IMG/VR virus record: IMGVR_UViG_3300031539_000017
Source: an uncultured virus (IMG/VR IMGVR_UViG_3300031539_000017)
Taxonomy: Duplodnaviria > Heunggongvirae > Uroviricota > Caudoviricetes
Length of the DNA stretch: 20,000 nucleotides
Direction: 5' to 3' (one strand)
Shown one piece after another: positions 14,946-20,000 of this stretch. The notes below the pieces were generated by a model. It saw only the letters and a list, made by a program, of their open reading frames with translations. It was not told the origin of the DNA and did not search any database. Every line of letters begins with the position of its first letter. Within the stretch, counting starts at the first letter, position 1. Both the position numbers and the translations under genes were made by a program.

Positions 14946-16373
14946 ATGACCGATCATGACGCTGCCCTGGCTATGGACGCTGCACGTATCCGGCTGAACC
15001 ATCTGCGGGGATACCTACGGGCTGTGCTTTGGACTATGCGCATAGTGCCTGCGCCGGGCATTCAGACCATGGCCATGTCCAAGGACGCGGTGGTCTACTA
15101 TGACCCCGAGGAGGTGTCTAGCTGGCCCTTGGAGGTCTGTGTGACCATGCTGTATCACGAGATAGGTCACTGGATGCGGCGGCACTATGAGCGCATGGTG
15201 TCCTTCCCGGATGTGAAACACGCACAGGTGGCGGCGGAGCTGGAGCTGCAGTGCGACATAGTGGAGGAGGTCCTGAGGGATAAGAACCTGGAGATGCCTG
15301 AGAGGGGCTACATAGTGCCGGGCAAGCCGCCTTTTAGAGACCTGCCCAGGGGCCTCTTGGCTGAGGAATACTATCGACTTCTGGAGCAGGAATGCCAGAA
15401 GTCCAGCAGTCAAGGCCAGCAACAAGGCCAGGGTCAGCAACAACAGGGTCAACAGGGTCAGGACCAGCAAGGTCAGGGCCAGGGCCAGAATCAGCAACAG
15501 CAGCAACAACGGGGTCAAGGCCCGCAACAGAATCAGCAGCAAGGGCAACAGGGTCAAGGTCAACAACAGCAGCAACAGGGTCAAGGCTCACAACAGGGGC
15601 AGATGCCGCCCCAGGGTTCTGTATCTGATGGGCGATGGAAGGACTGGGAAGAGTGCGATCACCCAGAGGGCATCACGGAAGCTCAGGGGCGGCTCATAGC
15701 CCGCCGGTTGGCAGAGGACATCGCTGAGGCCGTGCGTAAGGAGGAGTCTAGCCGGGGCATCGGGTCAGTACCTGCATGGATGAAGCGCTGGGCTCAGTTG
15801 CAACTCTCCCCGCAGGTGCCATGGCACAAGGTTCTGGACCGGTGGATACGTCAGTCTATCGGGCACGTGCTGGGGTTCTCGGATTACTCATTCAGGACAC
15901 CGAACCGCAGGGCTGCCCTGAGCGGCCTCATTTTACCGGGATTGGTCAAGCCGGTGCCCCGGATCGCCGTTGTGTTGGACACCTCGGGGTCTATGTCGGG
16001 CAGGCAGATCGGCATGGCCCTGACAGAGATCGGCGGCGTGCTCAAGGCGATGGGGGTCCTGGAGGGTGTGTGGGTGCTGGCTACGGACGCGGAGGCCCAC
16101 ACGTGTCAGCGTGTGTTCAATCCCCGCCAGGTGGACGTGGTGGGCGGCGGGGGCACCATCCTGGAGTCCGGCATTGCCAGGGCCATGAAACTGCGGCCCC
16201 GGCCCGAGATCGTGATCGTCATCTCGGACTGCTACAACTACTGGGACGATGTCAAGCCCGCCAGGGTGAGCATCGTGATCGTGCGCGTGGGGGGTGGAAA
16301 AGCCCCTGCGTGGGCGGACAAGGTGATTGACGTGGAGGATGTGGTAGAGGACCGGGTAGTATGGACAAGATGA
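14946..16373 (+). CDS. DUF2201-type protein: HExxH metallopeptidase-like domain + Q/G-rich linker + vWA domain (alternative start GTG 14931)
   Basis: LYHEIGHWMRRH, MIDAS VVLDTSGSMS, GGGGT and ISD. It lies directly after the MoxR ATPase, the standard pairing. Confidence 0.9.
   Translation: MTDHDAALAMDAARIRLNHLRGYLRAVLWTMRIVPAPGIQTMAMSKDAVVYYDPEEVSSWPLEVCVTMLYHEIGHWMRRHYERMVSFPDVKHAQVAAELELQCDIVEEVLRDKNLEMPERGYIVPGKPPFRDLPRGLLAEEYYRLLEQECQKSSSQGQQQGQGQQQQGQQGQDQQGQGQGQNQQQQQQRGQGPQQNQQQGQQGQGQQQQQQGQGSQQGQMPPQGSVSDGRWKDWEECDHPEGITEAQGRLIARRLAEDIAEAVRKEESSRGIGSVPAWMKRWAQLQLSPQVPWHKVLDRWIRQSIGHVLGFSDYSFRTPNRRAALSGLILPGLVKPVPRIAVVLDTSGSMSGRQIGMALTEIGGVLKAMGVLEGVWVLATDAEAHTCQRVFNPRQVDVVGGGGTILESGIARAMKLRPRPEIVIVISDCYNYWDDVKPARVSIVIVRVGGGKAPAWADKVIDVEDVVEDRVVWTR
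15411..15603 (+). repeat. Low-complexity CAA/CAG/GGT repeat encoding a poly-Gln/Gly linker
   Basis: QGQQQGQGQQQQGQQGQDQQGQGQGQNQQQQQQRGQGPQQNQQQGQQGQGQQQQQQGQGSQQGQ. Confidence 0.9.
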
Positions 16374-16807
16374 ATAACAAGCCATTGTTCAATATAGAAG
16401 AGTTTCCGAACACCGATATACATGTTGGCGGTTTTTGGACGCGTCAACGGTATCCTGGGTTGGATGCCCTTATCAATGCTATGCCTACGGTTCCGCCTTG
16501 GGAGAGGTTGGAGTTCTTGCATCGTCATTTTGAGTGCATCTTGGGAAGCGAATGGAGAAAATGGCTGATTGAGATCCCAGTACCGTCATTGGCCAGTATG
16601 GTTTTCCGGTTGTCGGATAGGCCCTTTACTGTCTTGGTTCTTGTGGAAGATCCATCTTTTGTGAGGCCATTGCGATACACCTATCACTTCTACCACCTTG
16701 TCTGGCGCGTCTGGTGGCGCAAGATAGACCCCCGAAAGGACAAGAGGCTGCGTGTTATCCTCAGCGGGGCTATGGCCCTTGACGCCCTGGCTGGGAGGGA
16801 GCCGTGA
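16370..16807 (+). CDS. Hypothetical protein with C-terminal LSGAMALDAL motif
   Basis: ATGA overlap with the vWA gene stop and GTGA overlap with the next gene. Confidence 0.75.
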   Translation: MNNKPLFNIEEFPNTDIHVGGFWTRQRYPGLDALINAMPTVPPWERLEFLHRHFECILGSEWRKWLIEIPVPSLASMVFRLSDRPFTVLVLVEDPSFVRPLRYTYHFYHLVWRVWWRKIDPRKDKRLRVILSGAMALDALAGREP

Positions 16808-17250
16808 CGGTGAAGCCTGCCCTTGATGAACCGTACTTTGAGATGGAGAACGCCGTGCGGTGGTTCAGCAGGCACTACACGAAGGTGAGACCTGACCAGC
16901 TAATGAGCCTGTGCGCCTTGGAGCCGCCACCGGGGTATGCTGATTTGCAGGAACAGGAGCTTGCAAAGAGCCGGTGGAACAAGCCACAGTGGCATCACTT
17001 TCGGCTCACTCCATCCAAGGGAGCACCGGCACTGGCTGTGGTGCTGGAGACGCGTAAAGACATGGTGTTGTCGCCTCTGAACATATCCCCTTTCGCTGCT
17101 GTACCGATGTCATTATTCCCGGTGACCTGGCGTGTGTGGCTCTACCAGTACCAGCAGGGCCGGGGTTGGGTGTGTCTGGACCCCTCGGATGATTCCCATG
17201 AGGTCGTGCGCAGGCTGCGCGGCAAGATGATCCTGGAAGCATTGAGATGA
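16804..17250 (+). CDS. Hypothetical protein with C-terminal LRGKMILEAL motif
   Basis: Translationally coupled; shares WRVW..DP..LxGxMxLxAL with the preceding ORF. Confidence 0.75.
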   Translation: MTVKPALDEPYFEMENAVRWFSRHYTKVRPDQLMSLCALEPPPGYADLQEQELAKSRWNKPQWHHFRLTPSKGAPALAVVLETRKDMVLSPLNISPFAAVPMSLFPVTWRVWLYQYQQGRGWVCLDPSDDSHEVVRRLRGKMILEALR

Positions 17251-17543
17251 CTACCAAGCTCCGCATGTATGTGATTCCTAATGGAAGGGGCGTTGTCTTC
17301 TGCCCGGAGTGTCGGGCGTGCCCGGTGCCCGAGAGTGATTACGTGCTCCGCTGTGACGTGGGCTTGTTTCACGTGTACATTTGTGAGGGTGTGTCGCAGG
17401 GTTGGCTGATGGGCCGCAAGGCGTGTGACCCTGCTCGCGTGTGTTTGGTGACGCGTATGAGGTGGCTACGCCCCGTTTTGGATGAGCAGGGGTGTCACAT
17501 TCTGGACAGTTTCGTGAGTTTGGTGGCGATGGCGAGGGGATGA
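17247..17543 (+). CDS. Hypothetical Cys-rich protein (98 aa)
   Basis: FCPECRAC, with ATGA overlaps at both ends. Confidence 0.7.
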   Translation: MTTKLRMYVIPNGRGVVFCPECRACPVPESDYVLRCDVGLFHVYICEGVSQGWLMGRKACDPARVCLVTRMRWLRPVLDEQGCHILDSFVSLVAMARG

Positions 17544-18841
17544 AGATGATAGATCTGTTTGGTACTCAGGTTTTCCTGGAGGTCCGTAACGAGTTCCGGG
17601 CCGTCTTGCAGGCTGGGGCAAGGGAGGTTCGCTTCCTTGGGGATAGCGGTCGTTCGGATGCGGTGCGGCTCCTGGCCGCAACCAGTAACGGTGTGCCCAT
17701 ATTCCTGGACGAAGAGAGGCTGCCCGGTTTGCGAAAGGGCGGCCTGCGTGCGACCTTCGAGTGGTGCCGACTGTTCATCGAGGCCAACGGTGCTGCGTTT
17801 CCTGGGGTTATGATTGTCAGGGAGAACGGGACCGCGATGTTTGTTCGGCTGCTGCCCGGCTCTCCCGTGCAGGTCACCGTGGATGTGACCGAGCCCGCGG
17901 CTTTCAACGAGGCGGGGGATGGTTTACGGGGATCGAGGGCCTTGCAGCTAGATCGCGTGGCGGCGGCGGTGCTACTCAACCCCTGGACGGTGACCAGGCC
18001 TCCCGCAGACCCAGCGCAGGTTGATCTCTATACGATGCCCGGTAAAGGGCCGGGGCAAGTACGGGAAGGTAAGGTAGCTGCTACGGACTTACTTACACGG
18101 TCTGTGGTTGTGAGCGTGGTCACTGCCAGCCCGGAAGAGGTCGAGGCGGCGCGGGTTATCCTGATGGGTATCTTGGATTCTTATCAGCGCTCCAGGGCCT
18201 CCTGTGAGCACCTGTACGGGCTGATGGAGGAGGCAGGCCGTTCCGGTCTCAGTGACGCAGCTTTTGAGCAGGCCTTGGACAGTTTGCCAGAGAAGGGTCA
18301 GGATGTCTTCGGTCAGTTAGTGAACGGTTTGATAGACGTGGACTATGAGTGGGAGGGGTTCATGCCCCGGCCAAGCCCGGACTGGACCTACCGGGGGGAC
18401 TACGCGGTCAAGTGGGTGGGTCACAAGGCATGCGACCTCCAGGTGGGTAAGTATCAAAGACTCCTTCGGGCCTGGGAGATCATGGTGCGGAAGATAGCGG
18501 GGCTGCTGGACCTGGAATGGACTTTCACGCCGGGGTTCCTAATGGGTGATGAGGACTATCTGGCTGAGATTTCAGAGTGGGGGGGGCAGACGTTTGTCCT
18601 GTTGAACCCACAGGGGTTGCGCGTCAGTGCAGCCAAGAGCGAGACGGTTCTACTGCTACGGGACCGGGCAGCGCATGTGGTGGCCCATGTGGGATGCCCG
18701 AACCATGATGAGGTTTGGGCCAGGCGATACGGGTTTTTGCTGGAGGAGAGCGCCCCACTGCTGTCAGCCTGGGCGCGTGATGAGTTGGCATGGGTGAGCA
18801 GTTACGGGGCAAGTACAATAGCGAAAGGGGTGCCAAGATGA
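17540..18841 (+). CDS. Hypothetical protein (433 aa) with degenerate zincin-like C-terminal motif
   Basis: ATGA overlap at 17540. AAHVVAHVGCPNHDEVW resembles HExxH..H with the Glu replaced by Val. Confidence 0.75.
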   Translation: MKMIDLFGTQVFLEVRNEFRAVLQAGAREVRFLGDSGRSDAVRLLAATSNGVPIFLDEERLPGLRKGGLRATFEWCRLFIEANGAAFPGVMIVRENGTAMFVRLLPGSPVQVTVDVTEPAAFNEAGDGLRGSRALQLDRVAAAVLLNPWTVTRPPADPAQVDLYTMPGKGPGQVREGKVAATDLLTRSVVVSVVTASPEEVEAARVILMGILDSYQRSRASCEHLYGLMEEAGRSGLSDAAFEQALDSLPEKGQDVFGQLVNGLIDVDYEWEGFMPRPSPDWTYRGDYAVKWVGHKACDLQVGKYQRLLRAWEIMVRKIAGLLDLEWTFTPGFLMGDEDYLAEISEWGGQTFVLLNPQGLRVSAAKSETVLLLRDRAAHVVAHVGCPNHDEVWARRYGFLLEESAPLLSAWARDELAWVSSYGASTIAKGVPR

Positions 18842-19134
18842 AGGAGACTGAGGTTCGTTTGGAAGAGATGAAGGTGGTGGACCCGCAGCTTACGTTAGTG
18901 CAGTCCCTGGACCTGAAGAACAGGCTGGCCAGTGCCTTGAAGGACATTGGGCGCGGGGATTTCGCCGACAGCCTGGGCATGGCCAGGGCGCGGTGGTGGC
19001 GCTGGCGGACCAAGGGCGTGGCGCCGGTGAAGGTAAACGACTACCTGCATATCATCGCCCGGTTCCCGGAGCTACGGGGCAAGGTTTGGCGGCACCTGCT
19101 ACATCGTGCCTTGACAGAAGTGGATCGGGAATGA
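18838..19134 (+). CDS. Possible Cro/XRE-like helix-turn-helix protein (98 aa)
   Basis: IGRGDFADSLGMARARWWRWRTKGVAP fits the HTH pattern; ATGA overlaps at both ends. Confidence 0.55.
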   Translation: MKETEVRLEEMKVVDPQLTLVQSLDLKNRLASALKDIGRGDFADSLGMARARWWRWRTKGVAPVKVNDYLHIIARFPELRGKVWRHLLHRALTEVDRE

Positions 19135-19550
19135 GGCGGATAGTAGTCTGGCCAGTCCCTGTAAATGAGCATGCCCACATATCGTGCTCGAAGTGCAGGG
19201 TTATTACGGGTTCCTTCATATTTGTGGACGTGCCCATAATGTGCCTGTACCTCCCTTTCATGGGGCACCTCTGGGAAGTGGTGGGGTTGGAATGCAGGGG
19301 GTGGATCCGGGATAGCTCATCATGGGAAGCGTGGGGGGTTTTGGGACAACCGCTTTGTGGGGCTGAGGCGATGGGGAGTTATTACTACAAGAAGCCTCCC
19401 TATGATTTCATGTGGGCGTGGAGGCTCTTGAGCTGTACTAAACCAGAGGACTGGCGGGACTTGAAGGGAACCTTGATGATGGCGGCCCTGAATGGGGGCT
19501 ATGTACCGTCAGGGCATCTTTTGCCAGCAAAAGGTTCTAGCGGGTTATAA
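19131..19550 (+). CDS. Hypothetical protein (139 aa; CxxC; near-C-terminal LKGTLMMAAL motif)
   Basis: ATGA overlap at 19131, in frame with ORF 18993..19550. Confidence 0.7.
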   Translation: MRRIVVWPVPVNEHAHISCSKCRVITGSFIFVDVPIMCLYLPFMGHLWEVVGLECRGWIRDSSSWEAWGVLGQPLCGAEAMGSYYYKKPPYDFMWAWRLLSCTKPEDWRDLKGTLMMAALNGGYVPSGHLLPAKGSSGL

Positions 19551-19551
19551 T
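19518..19551 (+). promoter_or_regulatory. Palindromic element copy 3: CTTTTGCCAGCAAAAG with TATAAT at the same offset as the -10 in copy 1
   Basis: Dyad with 7 bp arms at 19518-19533; TATAAT at 19546-19551. Confidence 0.55.
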
Positions 19552-19573
19552 AGGTGAGTGAAGTAAATGAGGC

Positions 19574-19602
19574 TTGACAAACCGGAAGGAATCTGCTATA
19601 CT
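19574..19602 (+). promoter_or_regulatory. Sigma70 promoter for tnpB
   Basis: TTGACA (19574-79), 17 bp spacer, TG-C-TATACT (19597-19602). Confidence 0.85.
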
Positions 19603-19608
19603 GATAAT

Positions 19609-19705
19609 GCTACAGGTGCGGCGTGGTTGTTTTGTTATAGAAGGGGTCATGCAGGCCACGCGCACCTGTAGCGGGACGTGAGGCATAAGCATGGCCCCTT
19701 TGACA
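19609..19705 (+). ncRNA. Structured 5' leader (long hairpin plus pseudoknot or alternative helix) upstream of tnpB
   Basis: GCTACAGGTGCG (19609-20) and CGCACCTGTAGC (19661-72) form a perfect 12 bp helix, extended by CGTGG/CCACG. Loop AAGGGGTCATGC (19641-52) pairs with GCATGGCCCCTT (19689-700). Confidence 0.6.
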
Positions 19706-19712
19706 TAGGGCG

Positions 19713-20000
19713 ATGATTGTACAGAAGAGCCATAGGATACAACTGAGACCCAACAATGAGCACCGAAGCGGTTTCAACCGCTGGGTTGGTGCTTACCGTT
19801 GGACCTACAACTGGGCGCTAGAACAGAAGAAGACAGCCTATGAGCAAGAGGGCAAGTCACTGAGTAAGTACGATGTGCAGAAACTCTTGACTATTGAGAA
19901 ACACACGCTGGAAAGGGCGTGGCTCAATGATATCCTGCGAGACACGCTTGTCAATGCAATATGGAACATGGACAGGGCATACCAGAACTTCTTCCGGCGG
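19713..20000 (+). CDS. tnpB: TnpB / OrfB (IS200/IS605-IS607 family RNA-guided endonuclease), N-terminal 96 aa, truncated by window edge
   Basis: MIVQKSHRIQLRPNNEHRSGFNRWVGAYRWTYNWALEQKKTAYEQEGKSLSKYDVQKLLT...WLNDILRDTLVNAIWNMDRAYQNFFRR shows the OrfB N-terminal HTH with the YNxAL and AYxNFF signatures. Confidence 0.9.
   Translation, partial: MIVQKSHRIQLRPNNEHRSGFNRWVGAYRWTYNWALEQKKTAYEQEGKSLSKYDVQKLLTIEKHTLERAWLNDILRDTLVNAIWNMDRAYQNFFRR

Noticed and set aside
782..19268. Minus-strand and alternative-frame ORFs in the track (e.g. 2565-3182, 10149-10829, 15015-15584, 15776-16330)
   Set aside because: They are shadows of well-supported, tightly tiled + strand genes in GC-rich DNA. The Leu-rich 15015-15584 ORF is the antisense of the Gln repeat.
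19609..19705. HDV-like or pistol ribozyme in the tnpB leader
   Set aside because: The topology is superficially similar, but no register gives a proper P3/L3, a G at +1 and a C-R-A J4/2 together. The pistol conserved linkers are absent.
1..20000. tRNA, rRNA, integrase/att sites, virion genes, host assignment
   Set aside because: None was recognisable by eye. The phage origin is inferred from gene content and organisation only, and the host cannot be named.

Overview
This 20 kb GC-rich window is densely coded, with every supportable gene on the + strand and many coupled by ATGA/GTGA overlaps. It looks like a bacteriophage or prophage segment (inference: no capsid, terminase or integrase gene is present). 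Module 1 (1-9422) is a glycan-tailoring cluster. It has SAM methyltransferases, two reciprocal glycosyltransferase/methyltransferase fusions, a radical SAM/SPASM enzyme with a non-canonical Cys motif, a sulfotransferase and a GT47/exostosin-like enzyme, and is interrupted by an HNH gene and an N4C/N6A DNA methyltransferase. A 360 bp non-coding gap follows, with hairpins and a perfect sigma70 promoter. Module 2 (9783-19550) resembles an early region: many small Zn-finger/Cys-cluster ORFs, a MoxR-type AAA+ ATPase, a DUF2201-type HExxH/vWA partner, and small ORFs sharing a C-terminal LxGx(M/L)x(L/M)xAL motif. The window ends in the 5' part of a tnpB with its own promoter and a pseudoknot-forming leader. 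Features not visible in the ORF track: a type II hammerhead ribozyme with a variant core (10010-10086), three tandem copies of the HNH gene start bracketing small inserted genes (3671-4253), and a thrice-repeated palindromic TTTGC-NN-GCAAA element.
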